Assembly: GCA_963825865.1 (NCBI GenBank)
Contig: CAWGVG010000046.1
Span: 1-64,000 of the forward strand
From: an uncultured Nitrososphaeraceae archaeon
GTDB lineage: Archaea > Thermoproteota > Nitrososphaeria > Nitrososphaerales > Nitrososphaeraceae
Length of the DNA: 64,000 bases
Direction: 5' to 3'
Position numbers and translations under genes: made by a program. How positions within the stretch are numbered: the first letter of the stretch is position 1; each line of letters begins with the position of its first letter. Below the pieces are notes generated by a model. That model searched no databases. It had not been told where the DNA came from and saw nothing but the letters and a program-made list of their open reading frames with translations. Shown here piece by piece: positions 46,604 to 58,103 of the stretch.

Positions 46604-46828
46604 ATGGTTAGGAAATTCGACGATTGGTGGAAGACCGTTCCTGAAGATCTTAGGAATAAAACCCGCAAGGGAGATGAAGGAAACAAGCCTTTGCTAAACC
46701 AAGTTAACTATGTTCTTTTGCATCTTCATTTAGCCGGCAAACATGACGCCAAACCATCCCACGAAGAGCTTAAGGATTGGCTACATAGCGGTCAGGTAGA
46801 TGTCCTTAGGATGACCGCCAAAAAATAA
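46604..46828 (+). CDS. conserved hypothetical protein
   Basis: intact 74-aa ORF upstream of the ferredoxin. Confidence 0.65.
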   Translation: MVRKFDDWWKTVPEDLRNKTRKGDEGNKPLLNQVNYVLLHLHLAGKHDAKPSHEELKDWLHSGQVDVLRMTAKK

Positions 46829-47026
46829 AATAAAATAATAGAAGGCTTCATTTTTTTCTTTTTCTTTACTTCTTTTTCGGGATAAAACTTGGAAGCTGTA
46901 TTTATTTCTATTTTATAAAAAATCAGCGTCAGCAGTAGTCTTGCAGTGATTGTTGTTATAACAGTGTTTTGCTATTGGCATAGGGTTTAAATAGTTTCGA
47001 AAGTATGCACCTTTAGTGAATAGTAT

Positions 47027-47320
47027 ATGCCAATTGCTATAATTCCAGACGTTGATGAACAAAGATGTATTGGCTGCGCACTCTGCGTAGAGATTTGCAC
47101 TGCTCTTGGTCCAGATGTACTCAGGGTTAAACCTGTTGAAGGATGGAAGAGAGGTAAAGCATTTATTTTCTATCCGGAAAGATGCATTTCAGATGGCGCG
47201 TGTATCGGAGTATGTCCAACACACGCAATATTCTGGATGAGACCAATGGAATACACCTCAGGACAACCGGTGCCACTGCACAAGAACGGTGTATTCGATA
47301 AGGGCTGGGAAGAAGGATAA
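47027..47320 (+). CDS. dicluster 4Fe-4S ferredoxin
   Basis: CIGCALCVEIC and CISDGACIGVCP motifs. Confidence 0.92.
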   Translation: MPIAIIPDVDEQRCIGCALCVEICTALGPDVLRVKPVEGWKRGKAFIFYPERCISDGACIGVCPTHAIFWMRPMEYTSGQPVPLHKNGVFDKGWEEG

Positions 47321-47407
47321 ACAAAATAAAATAGAAAACAACTCCATATCTCCCTTTTTACATTTTTATCATTTTTGAGGATAGAAGTATCTAGCTTCAA
47401 CAGGGCG

Positions 47408-48395
47408 CTAATCCAGTTTGTATTGTATCATGCTTATCCTAAGAAGAAGAGATCTTACAACCTCTGTCCAAGCATTACCAATATTAAGCATATTATATCC
47501 TCCACCACCTAAAGCAATTATTCTTCCGTCACAATGCTTGTGCGCAAGTCGATGTAAGGCATCTGCTGCGTATCTGTGTGCCTTCTGTGTATACTTTAGG
47601 TGTGTTATCGGATCGCCATTTAGGCAGTCTGCACCACATTGCAATATGATTAACTCCGGCTTTGCTACATTATCGATAAATTCATTAATTTTTTTGAATA
47701 TGCCAATAAAATCGTTATCAGTGGAGTTTGGCGCCATAGGTATATTTAATTTGGTGCCTTGTGCTTCGCCTATGCCTGTCTCTAATTCTGAGCCCGTTCC
47801 CGGATATAGAAAGTGGCCATCTTCATGTATGTCTGCAATGAAGAGTAAAGGATCGTCTTCGAATTCGTAATAAACTCCATCGCCGTGATGGGCATCTATA
47901 TCCACATAGGCAATTCTCTTTATACCGTACTTTTTTCTCGCTTCTAGAATTGCGATACCTATATCATTAAAAACACAAAAACCACCAGCAGAATCTCTTC
48001 TTGCATGGTGAAGCCCTCCAATTGGATTGAATGCATGCTCTATTCCATTTCTCTTTTCGAGTACTCAGATCGAGTGCGTTTACAGTAGAACCAACTACGT
48101 AGGAAGAGGCCTCGAATACACCTTTGAATGCAGGGGTGTCACCAGTATCCAAAAAACCCGTTCCATACCGTGAAGCCTTCTTTACAAGATCTACATACTC
48201 TTTATTGTGAAATGACAGTATTGTTTCTTCTTCCGCAAAAGATGGCTCTTTTATCACGACTTGTGTAGATTTGTCAAGGTTCTCATTTTGGATTTTTGAC
48301 CAGAAAGCATAGATTCTATCACAACCCAAAGGATGCGATCCACCAAATCCATATTTGGCTAGTGCTTCTCCAAAAATCACTGCAGTATAACACAT
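47408..48395 (-). CDS. histone deacetylase / AcuC family protein (frameshift near 48060)
   Basis: HPL, GDTP, GGLHHA, GFCVFND, VDIDAHHGDG, YPGTG, QCGAD, GGGGY. Confidence 0.92.
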
Positions 48396-49090
48396 ATAAT
48401 TAACACTATCAAATACAACGGAGATAGAAATAAGTATTTTAGAAAATATTAGTCACAGTTATTATTATTATTATTATAATGATACGTCTAGCCTTTGTTT
48501 GCAATTTATAATTAGTTATTAAGAATGGGACAGAGAGCATAACAGAAGAATGAGGGGAAGAGGAGGAGGAGAAGATAGCCTACCTACCATTCTATTTTGT
48601 TTTTTTCTGTTATCTACCAAAGTCATTTGCAGTAAAAATTGTGAGGGAAGCAAAAAAAAGAAAAAACCATCAGAGCTTACAAATACAAGACACATATTAG
48701 AAGAGAGGCATTTAGAGAATGAGAGCAATCTATATGCATTTCAAGGTAATTTTTGCACCAGGCCAAAGAGCGAGTAGTAGAGATAGAGACTTCCAATAAG
48801 AAGAGATATTTTAGCACTGCAGTAAAAATAATTTATTGTAAAAAACTTAGTTTTTTTGTTCTCTACAACATCATTACCTTAAATCTGGCTTTCTTAATGA
48901 TGCATCGTAGTAGTAATAGTAGTAGTTCGCCTTTAATACAGCTGTAAATATAGAAAACAGCACCCTACCCCATTGAGGTCAACGAGTAACACCAAAGCCA
49001 CGCTATGATTTTTGCTAAACAGCTAGATGATTTTTATACAGAAACACTCGAAATAAACTTGACATATCTATAAGGGAGTGAGAATATACA

Positions 49091-49666
49091 ATCAAACTGG
49101 TCATTACCGGAAATCCAGGAGTTGGAAAGCATACAATTGCGAAATTTGTTGTCGATAAAATGAAAGGAGCAAAAGTAATTGATATCAACACAGTTGCGAT
49201 TAATAATAATGCCATTTTGAGGAAGGACGATAGATATGGAATAGACGTTGATGTGAAAAAGACTAGTAAACTGATGGCAGATAAACTCAAAACATCTGAA
49301 GACTTTGTAATCATTGGACATCTCGCGCCATATGTATTAAATCCTGCTATGATAGATCTTGTCACAGTTTTGCGACGTTCGCCATATGAACTAACACAAA
49401 CTTTTAAACAAAGAAAATACACGCCAGATAAGATAAGAGAGAATGTCGCTAGCGAAATACTAGGCGTTTCCCTCTATGACGCATTAAAAACTTTTGGTAA
49501 ACGCAAAATTGCAGAAATCGACACAACTGCAAAAATGCCTCAACATACTGCTGATGAAATAATTTTGATATTGCAAAAAAAGAAAAGAAAGCAAGTTGTA
49601 GGAATAGTCGACTGGCTTTCGCTGATCTATAAAAGAGGCGATATTCAGAAATTTCTTGAGTATTAA
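49091..49666 (+). CDS. archaeal adenylate kinase, AK6/Fap7 type (start uncertain)
   Basis: KLVITGNPGVGKHT upstream of and in frame with the called ATG; IGH, RKY..KIRENV..E, EIDTT, VDWL. Confidence 0.85.
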   Translation: MKLVITGNPGVGKHTIAKFVVDKMKGAKVIDINTVAINNNAILRKDDRYGIDVDVKKTSKLMADKLKTSEDFVIIGHLAPYVLNPAMIDLVTVLRRSPYELTQTFKQRKYTPDKIRENVASEILGVSLYDALKTFGKRKIAEIDTTAKMPQHTADEIILILQKKKRKQVVGIVDWLSLIYKRGDIQKFLEY

Positions 49667-49868
49667 AATTTGGAAATATCTTTACTAATGTATGGCTTTC
49701 GTTGTGAATTAAATGAATTAATAAATTAATTACTTAAACGAGGATTCGCGTTCGTATTTTTTATACCACTTGCCGAAATTAAAATATATAGTTGTTTTTA
49801 TGTTAGAGAAAATTCAGTATCAAAATTTATATATATATTACTGAAACCATACCCACTTTGAAAACATC

Positions 49869-50283
49869 ATGGCTGCTATGCTTACTAGAAAGTTTGGAGA
49901 AGAGACACTTCAATTTTTAGGCAAGAAAGTGTCTGTAGAGACTTCTGATCAAAAAATTTATAATGGAACGTTAACGGGTATTGATGAAAAACTCGATGTG
50001 GTACTTGATAATATAGATGGTCAGGGAATCCTCAAATTGATTCTTAATGGTTCATTTGTTAAAGAGATAAAACTGCTAGAAAAGCCATTTGATTTTAAAT
50101 CTTTGGCTGATAGACTCGCTAGAGTATTTCCGGGTCTGGTAAAGATTAGGGAGGATGTAGGAGCCATAATTGTAATGGACAAAATCAAAGTCACTCAAGC
50201 AGGTATTGAAGAGGGTTTTGGTCTAGGCAGCAGATAGAGTCAAGGCAATTTATGATGAATTTATTAGGGAGACTAAGAAGTAA
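49869..50283 (+). CDS. Lsm/Sm-like RNA-binding protein with C-terminal extension
   Basis: GKKVSVE...YNGTLTGIDEKLDVVL Sm1 and LILNGS Sm2; C-terminal frameshift. Confidence 0.85.
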
Positions 50284-50285
50284 AG

Positions 50286-51911
50286 TTGTCATTTGAGGTC
50301 AGATATACTGACCTAGCTGCTCGTATTGGAAAATTATACACTCCTCATGGGATTGTTGAAACCCCCGCTTTTGTCCCTGTTGTCCATCCGGTAAGGCAGA
50401 CCATCAGTTCACAGTTTCTAAAAAGACTGGGCTTCGATATAGTAATTACCAATGCGTATACCACATTACGACATTACGGCGATGAAGCTAGAAAAAGAGG
50501 AATCCATAGCATCATAAATTACGACGGAGTAGTAATGACTGACTCAGGCGGATATCAAGTTTTGGAATATGGATCTATTGGGGTTAAGCCGTCAATTATA
50601 GCACAATTTGAGATAGATATTCGAAGTGATATTCCTGTTCCCCTTGACAAACCAACAGGTTATGGATTAAAGTATGAAAAAGCAAAAGACTATGTAGAAG
50701 AGACACTCAAAAACGCAAAGGAAACTCTTGATGTAGTATCAGAAAGCAAGAAAAGATTAGGAGGAGGAGGAGAAGACAGAATTCTGGATGACAATATGGG
50801 AGGAGCAGGAGATGCAATATGGGTAGGACCGGTTCAAGGTGCAGAACATTCAGATTTGATAAAATATTCTGCCACTGCGTTAGATAAAATGGGATTCAAA
50901 TTTTTTGCTCTTGGCAGCCCTGTGGAAATAATGGAGGCATACGAGTTCTCAACGTTGGCACAGATGATAGCTAGTGTCAAACGTGCTATTCCCACAAAGC
51001 CGATCCATCTGTTTGGTGCAGGTCATCCTCTAACAATTCCTCTGGCTATTGCATTAGGATGTGATATGTTTGATTCAGCGTCATACATGCTCTATGCTAA
51101 AGATAATCGATATATGCACGCAAATGGTACCGTCAGGCTAAAAGAACTTTCATATCTTCCCTGCCACTGTCCCATTTGTACTACTTATACTGTCAAAGAA
51201 TTGCTTGAAATGGATAGAGATAAGCGGACGATAGAAATAGCAAAACATAACCTCTACATTCTGAAAACGGAAGTTGACACAGTAAAACAAGCGATAATGG
51301 ATGGTAGATTATGGGAATATGTAATACAGAAGGCTCGTGCTCATCCAAAGCTTATGGAAGCTATGGAATTTTTCAAAAACTTTGAGCTTCTAGAAGAAGG
51401 AACTCCCCTCTTCAAAGAAAAAGCAGTCTTTCTTTATGATTCGCTAGATCAGTATAGACCAGAGGCTAGACGATTTAGAAAGATAGTTTCTGAATTTCGA
51501 TCGTCGAAAAATAAAAAGAAATTAATATTGTATCCAGAATCACATCTTCATCCATTCTATTCTACGCAAAACTTTCTCCAAATTGTAAAAAAATTTCCTA
51601 ACGCACAGATTTGTACTTATAATCCGTTTCTTGGAATTATCCCCGCAGAAATATCTGATATATTTCCAGCAGCACACAACCTGATCTCAAAATCAACAAT
51701 AATCCACCATCAAGCACAGGATTATCCAAGCTTTATAGAATCGCTAAATGGATTTCTCAGTGTAAATAGATTTGAGGATATAACTATAGTGGCAGACCAT
51801 TTTATGCATCAGATAGTTGATGATGAAGGTGATGGTAAGAGGAACCTAATAATAAAAAAACTAAATTCGAAAGTTTTAGATTATGAACAAGATATCATTT
51901 CCAAATTGTAG
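50286..51911 (+). CDS. tgtA: archaeosine tRNA-guanine(15) transglycosylase
   Basis: ARIG...ETPAFVPV, MTDSGGYQ, VQG, HLFGAGHP, CDMFDSA, CHCPIC, HNL. Confidence 0.95.
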   Translation: MSFEVRYTDLAARIGKLYTPHGIVETPAFVPVVHPVRQTISSQFLKRLGFDIVITNAYTTLRHYGDEARKRGIHSIINYDGVVMTDSGGYQVLEYGSIGVKPSIIAQFEIDIRSDIPVPLDKPTGYGLKYEKAKDYVEETLKNAKETLDVVSESKKRLGGGGEDRILDDNMGGAGDAIWVGPVQGAEHSDLIKYSATALDKMGFKFFALGSPVEIMEAYEFSTLAQMIASVKRAIPTKPIHLFGAGHPLTIPLAIALGCDMFDSASYMLYAKDNRYMHANGTVRLKELSYLPCHCPICTTYTVKELLEMDRDKRTIEIAKHNLYILKTEVDTVKQAIMDGRLWEYVIQKARAHPKLMEAMEFFKNFELLEEGTPLFKEKAVFLYDSLDQYRPEARRFRKIVSEFRSSKNKKKLILYPESHLHPFYSTQNFLQIVKKFPNAQICTYNPFLGIIPAEISDIFPAAHNLISKSTIIHHQAQDYPSFIESLNGFLSVNRFEDITIVADHFMHQIVDDEGDGKRNLIIKKLNSKVLDYEQDIISKL

Positions 51912-52018
51912 ATACCACTTTTTATTACGATTCATTATTATAATCTCTTTTGTCAACCGATTTTTGATGCAATATAGCATAGGCTTTGTTAAAAGGCATT
52001 AATTGATAATCTTTCTAA

Positions 52019-53106
52019 TTAATTCATTCGAAGATCTTTTGTATTTTTGATTTCTTTTTTTGGATTACCAATTACAAATACGGCCTCATTGTTTGAAATA
52101 TCTTTATCTTTACCTGTTCTTTGATCCCATTTTTCCTAATTGCGCAAGCAAGGCCGACAATTGTATTTCAGGATGTGCACCAGTTGCGAGCCGGTAGTCA
52201 TATTCTGCCATTAGTGCTGCGAAATTCATCTGGACGATCTAACTTCATATTATATGCTTCCTGATTAGCATATTTTAGAAAATCGCCCTCTGACATTCCA
52301 TATACATGCATTAATTCAAGCAATTTAACTCTAGCATCATTAAATTTTCCTGTAATAGCCAGTCTAATAACTTCCCCAACTTTGGCTTTACCTGAAAGAC
52401 CCATTGATGCAATCACATTGGCAATTGAAACAGAACCCATTCCTGTCGATGCTTGAAGAATGTTAATGGAATGGCGTAGATCTCCTGAAGTAGCAGTATA
52501 AATTTGTTCAAGAGCCTTTTCTTCATATTTTACTCCTTCTTTTTCACAGATCATCTTCAGATAATCTACAATATCTTCCTCTGCTAACCTTGTAAAGTGA
52601 AATACCACGCACCTGCTCTGAATTGGTTCGATAATTTGTGATAGATAATTGCAGATAATTATGAAGCGCGTTGTCTTAGAGCTATCTTCAATGATCCTCC
52701 TTAGTGCTGTTTGAGCTTCAGACGTCATTTCGTCTGCTTCATCAAGAATGATTATTCTGAACGGTTTGTCATCGTTATTGCTAGTTGAAAGTTTCATTAC
52801 AGCTGCAAACTCTTTCACTCTTTCACGAACCATCTTGATCCCTCTTTCGTCCGATGCGTTTAGTTCAAGTGTGTCTCTTTGCCAGTATTCTCCAAGCAAC
52901 GCTCTTGCAATACACAGAGCGGTTGTAGTCTTGCCTACTCCGGCAGGTCCTGCAAATAGCAAATGTGGAATCTCATCAGGATTTTTGATAAGATTACTCA
53001 ATCCATCAATAATTTGCTTTTGATTGATAACTTGCTCTAATTTCAGTGGGCGATACTTTTCAACCCACATCAAATTTGATAGAACGTTATTTGTTGTTGA
53101 TGACAT
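52019..53106 (-). CDS. rfcS: replication factor C small subunit (C-terminal frameshift)
   Basis: WVEKYRP, GPAGVGKTT, ELNASDERG, ILDEADEMT, IQSRC, GDLR. Confidence 0.95.
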
Positions 53107-53195
53107 AGTGTGTCTGAGTATCTCAATGTTGTTCTACAGGATTAATAACTTAACTAAAAATCTCTCATTTAGCTTAAAGCTTAACAAAAGCTATC

Positions 53196-53784
53196 TTGAC
53201 AAAAGATATAACTGATCGAAAAGATATACTAATATTAAATATCGAAATGACTGGTACCACCCCTTATTCACGGCGCAATGCTATTCAAGGCACATACCAT
53301 ATAGAATATCTCATGGAAGATGTTCGTGTGATGTATAAACACGACACAAAGGCAGGCTGCAGGCAGTATTGTAATTGATGCAAAAGAAGGCGATATATCC
53401 TCTCTTCCTAGATGGGTAGCAAAAATCTTGGTTGAACAAGGCAACATTGAAATCCAAGATAATGATATTTCAGCGTATGTATCCAGGGCCTTGAACCGTG
53501 AAAGAATAGCAAAACCCCATGATCTATCTGGTCTGGATCCTGATTTCTATATCATAGCTAACGATTATCTTGAAGGATTAAAGGAAAGAGAACGAGAGAA
53601 TCTAGTAGTTTCGCTAAACTCTTTTGTGGCTTCTCGCCTTGAAAAGATTGTAAAATTGGCAGCTGCATCACCGCTTTCGCCAGAACTGGAAGGAAAAGTC
53701 TCAGCAGAAGAAAAAGAACTTTATCTTCAGATCCATCGTTTTTCTTCAGAATTCAAACAGCAGGTGTTAAAGAAATTTGGCTGA
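53196..53784 (+). CDS. DNA replication complex GINS subunit (Gins23-like; frameshifted, start uncertain)
   Basis: LPRWVAKILVEQG, DFY, RLEKIVKLA, AEEKELY; overlaps the mcm start as is typical in archaea. Confidence 0.85.
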
Positions 53785-55866
53785 GCAGCAGCAACATCAA
53801 CAGCAGACCGCAGCAGCATTAGTAAATGAACTAGAAAAATTCCTACGAGCATTTAAGGATAGGGAAGGGAACTACAAATATTTTGATAGAATTAATCACT
53901 TGATGGCTTCTAATTCTATTTCGCTTGTAGTGGATTATATTGATTTTGATTCTTATAATCCAGAGCTCGCTAAGCAAATTACACATAATCCAGATGAAAT
54001 GTTTGATGCATTTAATGAGGCAGTATTTTACATTTTAAACGAAATTCATCCAGATTATGCACATGAAATTCATGAGAACATCAAGGTTAGAATGGGAAAT
54101 TACACTGTACAAAAGGGCTTGCGTGAGATTAATGCCGAGGTGATTGACAAACTGATTGGAGTTTCTGGTATGGTGGTGAGGTCATCTGAAGTAAAGCCAC
54201 TTGCCAAGAAAATAGGATATCGATGCCTGAATTGCAATGCTATTAACGAAACGCATCAAAAAGGGCTGGCTACTGAAGAAACCCCTCAAATGCATAAATT
54301 GTTCGGAAAAAGAGCTGGAAATGGATCCTGAAAATAGTATTTTCAACGACTTTCAAATGGTCAGGCTTCAAGAACTACCCGAGGACCTACCAGCAGGCCA
54401 GCTTCCCCACTATGTTGAAGTCACAGTAATGGGAGACCTTGTAGATCGATGTCGTCCTGGTGATAGAATTATGTTAACTGGGATTATACGAATAGAACAA
54501 GAACAGAGTTCTGCCCAAATAAAAACCAGTCTTTTCAGATTACGAATGGAAGGAAATAATATCGAATATCTTGGTGGGCTGATTAGTAATAATAAGGATA
54601 GCCGAACTGTCGAAAGAATAACTATCAACACTGAAGAGGAAAAACAGATCTTAGCTATTGCAGGCAAATCGGATGCCTATGATAAGCTAATTGCTTCTTT
54701 TGCTCCACATATCTATGGCCACGAGGTAATCAAAGAAGCAATCCTGTTATTGATTGTAGGTTCGGTAACAAAAAAACTTGAGGATGGATCTACAAGAAGA
54801 GGTGATATTAATGTACTATTGGTCGGCGACCCAGGTACTGCAAAATCAGAAATGTTAAAGTTCGCTGCTAAAATTGCTCCAAGAGGACTTTATACTTCTG
54901 GCAGAGGTTCAACCGCTCGCTGGTTTAACTGCAGCGGTAATTCGAGACAAGTCAGGAATTATGATGCTCGAAGCTGGAGCTGTAGTATTAGGCGATCAAG
55001 GGTTAGTATGTATTGATGAGTTTGATAAGATAAAAGCTGAAGACCGCTCAGCGCTGCATGAAGTAATGGAACAGCAGACTTGTTCAGTTGCAAAGGGAGG
55101 TATTGTTGCTACACTAAACGCAAGAACTTCCATTTTATCGGCAGCAAATCCGACATACGGAAAATATGATCCATTTAAGAATATTACTGAGAATGTAAAT
55201 TTACCAATACCACTTTTGACGAGATTTGACCTCATTTATGTGATCAGGGACACTGCGGAAAAGGAGAAGGATAACCGTATTGCTAGACACATTTTAGAAA
55301 TTCATCAATATGCTGAGCACGCAGCACAGCCTGCTATCAGCACTGATCTCTTCAGCAAATACCTTTCATTTTCAAAACAAATTGAACCAAATTTAACCAC
55401 TGACGCAATTGACCTCATTAGAAATTACTACATGAAAATGAGAAACGTCGATTCAGAAGGTATGATTACAGTTACCCCAAGACAACTTGAAGCCCTAGTA
55501 AGATTATCTACAGCACGCGCCAGATTGTTGTTAAGAGACAGAGTCGAATCTGAGGATGCTGAGCGCGCAATCTACCTGGTACAGAGAATGTTAGAAACTG
55601 CAGGAGTCGATGTCAATACAGGAAAAGTAGATTTTGGTGTCATTCATGGCAAACCACATAGCGAAGTTTCAAAGTTGAAGATGTTTATGGAAATTTTCAA
55701 CGCATTGTCGGGACAAGACAGAAATGACGTGGAAGAAAAGAATTTCGTTAATGAACTTGCAAAGACAGGCAAGTTTACGGAAGATGAGGCACGAACCTTC
55801 ATTAAAAAGGCAATGCAAAACGGACAGATATATGAGAGAAAGTCTGGCTTTTACGCTAAAGCATAA
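53777..55866 (+). CDS. mcm: MCM replicative helicase (two frameshifts)
   Basis: Zn finger CLNC..CINC, QELPEDLPAGQLP, RGDINVLLVGDPGTAKS, IDEFDK, AANP, LLTRFD, TPRQLE. Confidence 0.97.
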
Positions 55867-55879
55867 GATATCTGTCTAG

Positions 55880-56028
55880 CTTTTTACTATCAAACACAGT
55901 CTGGACATTGTACCCTGTACATCTCATCACTCTTTCAATCCTACTATAGTTCGATTCAAACTCGATAAAATGATGAAGCGGACAGTTGTTGAGGAGGTCT
56001 TTCAATCCAATCCAACTGAACTTGCAAT
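55880..56028 (-). CRISPR. orphan CRISPR mini-array/remnant: one intact repeat, two partial repeats, two spacers
   Basis: 55932-55961 ctttcaatcctactatagttcgattcaaac (rc GTTTGAATCGAACTATAGTAGGATTGAAAG, ending in ATTGAAAG); 37-bp spacer then ctttcaatcc at 55999; 36-bp spacer preceded by tactat-caaac ending at 55895. Confidence 0.75.
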
Positions 56029-56362
56029 CCAAATGATGTTAGAAGATGCTGGCTATGATTGCATCTCATACACAGACTCACTTAAAGCTCTACAAGAGTT
56101 CAAACCATGTTTTTATGATTTGATTTTACTTGATATCAAAATGTCTGTACTAAATGGATTTGAGCTTTGCAAAAAGATAAGGGAGATTGATAAAACTGTA
56201 CATATCGTCTTTATAACAGCTTCAGAAGCATATTATGAGAAGTTTAGAAGTCAGCACTTTCCAGAGCTAGGCAAGGTTAACTATATTCAAAAGCCAATTG
56301 GAAATGACGAGTTAGTACAAACAGTAAATACGATTATAGGCAATTCAATAACCATTGGCTAG
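55970..56362 (+). pseudogene. response regulator receiver lacking its native N-terminus
   Basis: YDLILLDIKM..LNGFEL, FITA, YIQKPI present; the ILxVDD beta1 motif is replaced by CRISPR-derived sequence. Confidence 0.8.
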
Positions 56363-56665
56363 CCTAGCCTCTTCAGAATATAGTCATCATCATACGACGT
56401 ATTGTTCTTCTTCTTCTTCTTCTTTTTGAATAGTGATCAGCTGGCAGCTACATCACACGTTAATAAGATATAGTATAAATGACTCTTCTATTCAATGAAG
56501 TTACCACCCTCTTAAAAGTACTATGCTTAAGAGGTAACAGAAGTACAATACCTTAAATACAATTTACTATTCGCATGTTTTAAATCTGCGAGTGGCATTT
56601 GACAAATGTGTCTACAGACTATCACGTTTGTTATTTTTAAAGTACCAGGGATTTTAGAATAAAAT

Positions 56666-57088
56666 ATGCCAACAATAGTTCACTTTGAAATACCTGCAGA
56701 TGATGTTGATAGGGCAAAGAAATTTTATAGTGATTTGTTTGGATGGAAAATGGAAAGATGGCCTAGATCAGATGATGATGATGGTAAAGATAGCTCTTCT
56801 TCCTCTAATAATAATATGGAATATTGGATCATAAGTACAACAGACGACAAAGGAAATAAAGCAGCTATAGGCGGAGGAATGATGAAAAGACAAGGACAAC
56901 ATCATCAACAAATTACTAATTTTATAGATGTAAATTCAGTAGATGAATATTCATCAAAGATAGAAAAGCTAGGTGGTAAAGTAGTTGTTTCTAAAATGGC
57001 AGTACCAGGTATGGGATATTTTGCAGTATGTCATGACACTGAGAATAACAGTTTTGGTATTTGGGAATCTAATGATAGTGCAAAGTGA
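56666..57088 (+). CDS. VOC/glyoxalase family protein
   Basis: IVHFEIPADDVDRAKKFYSDLFGW, GGKVV, GMGYFA..DTENNSFGIWE. Confidence 0.92.
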   Translation: MPTIVHFEIPADDVDRAKKFYSDLFGWKMERWPRSDDDDGKDSSSSSNNNMEYWIISTTDDKGNKAAIGGGMMKRQGQHHQQITNFIDVNSVDEYSSKIEKLGGKVVVSKMAVPGMGYFAVCHDTENNSFGIWESNDSAK

Positions 57089-57436
57089 TTATCTGTATTT
57101 GATCCCAGCAATATAGAGCATGCATAACTATATCTTATCTATTATCTTTACCTTATAGTGATCAGGCAGGATTTATGGCTGCAGTTAGAAATGCTAGGAT
57201 GGCTATCAGTCGTTTTGTCGGAACATTCGATCGTGCGATGAGGAGGAATATGATATAACTCCAGTTCCTAATGAAAATGCAGATTTTTACCTTTTTGTAA
57301 TAAAAAAGAGAGATAGTCTAATAATTGGAGGAACATAGTTTTTGAGGAAAGAGATAAGATAAAGAAAGCGAAAATCCAGAATGAGCAATTTGATAAACCT
57401 CCCCTAGACAAGACAGAAACTATTGACACTAATGCA

Positions 57437-57631
57437 TTGTATAGCAAAAATGTAGCTCTTGATAAATTAGGTAAGCATGAAGATGCTATAAAATACTTTG
57501 ATAAAGCAATTGAAATAGATCCTAAATTTAGTAATGCATGGTTAAACAAAGGTGTAGCTCTTGATAAATTAGGCAAGGATGAAGAGGCTCGTGAAAGTTA
57601 TGAGAAGAGTAAAATGACAGCTAAAAGTTGA
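57437..57631 (+). CDS. tetratricopeptide repeat protein (short or fragment)
   Basis: two TPR units (ALDKLGK.E.A; AWLNKGVAL). Confidence 0.75.
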   Translation: MYSKNVALDKLGKHEDAIKYFDKAIEIDPKFSNAWLNKGVALDKLGKDEEARESYEKSKMTAKS

Positions 57632-57737
57632 AAGTGGTAACGGAAATAAACATTCTCAAATTCTTGATAAGAAAAGGAGAAAAGATACCTTAACTTAACA
57701 CGACCTAGTCAACTATCGTAAAGACTATAAAGCCTAT

Positions 57738-58103
57738 ATGGTAGCTTTTTGCTGCTGGTTACTAATGAATCAGATACTTTTAACAAAGGCCAAGAACAGA
57801 TTTGCCAAGGTAATTGAAATCATAGAACAAGAGAAACACAATTATAAATTTAGGACAGGAACCCTAGGTCAGGATAGCTTTAGATGTACCATTGGTCTTA
57901 TTTTGAGTCACTATGGCTGGACAGGTTATAGTTGTTCCTCAACTGACTATGAGGAAGCAGATTACAAACTAAATGAATTAATTTCCACAGAAGAACAGCG
58001 CATTATTGCAAGCATAAACGACAGTAGCGAAAGTTATGACGTAGTAATAGAAAGACTAGAGAGATCTGGGCGAAACCATTCATTAAACTCTGACTCGAAA
58101 TAA
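57738..58103 (+). CDS. hypothetical protein
   Basis: 121-aa ORF, RCTIGLILSHYGW. Confidence 0.5.
   Translation: MVAFCCWLLMNQILLTKAKNRFAKVIEIIEQEKHNYKFRTGTLGQDSFRCTIGLILSHYGWTGYSCSSTDYEEADYKLNELISTEEQRIIASINDSSESYDVVIERLERSGRNHSLNSDSK

Noticed and set aside
48420-48950. Short ORFs and (tta)n/(gga)n runs
   Set aside because: Low-complexity intergenic sequence typical of the lineage; no coding signature
48955-49035. Possible small RNA (two ATGAT box-like motifs) upstream of the adenylate kinase
   Set aside because: No clear CTGA D box or terminal stem; cannot be supported
53777-55866. Split mcm suggesting programmed frameshifting or inteins
   Set aside because: No inserted sequence and no consistent slippery motif; the indel density matches the rest of the window and is best explained as sequencing error
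56500-56538. Hairpin cctcttaa...ttaagagg between the receiver and VOC genes
   Set aside because: Single isolated stem with no associated element; function cannot be assigned
57450-57575. Repeated gtagctcttgataaattagg
   Set aside because: Explained by TPR protein repeats (102-bp period)
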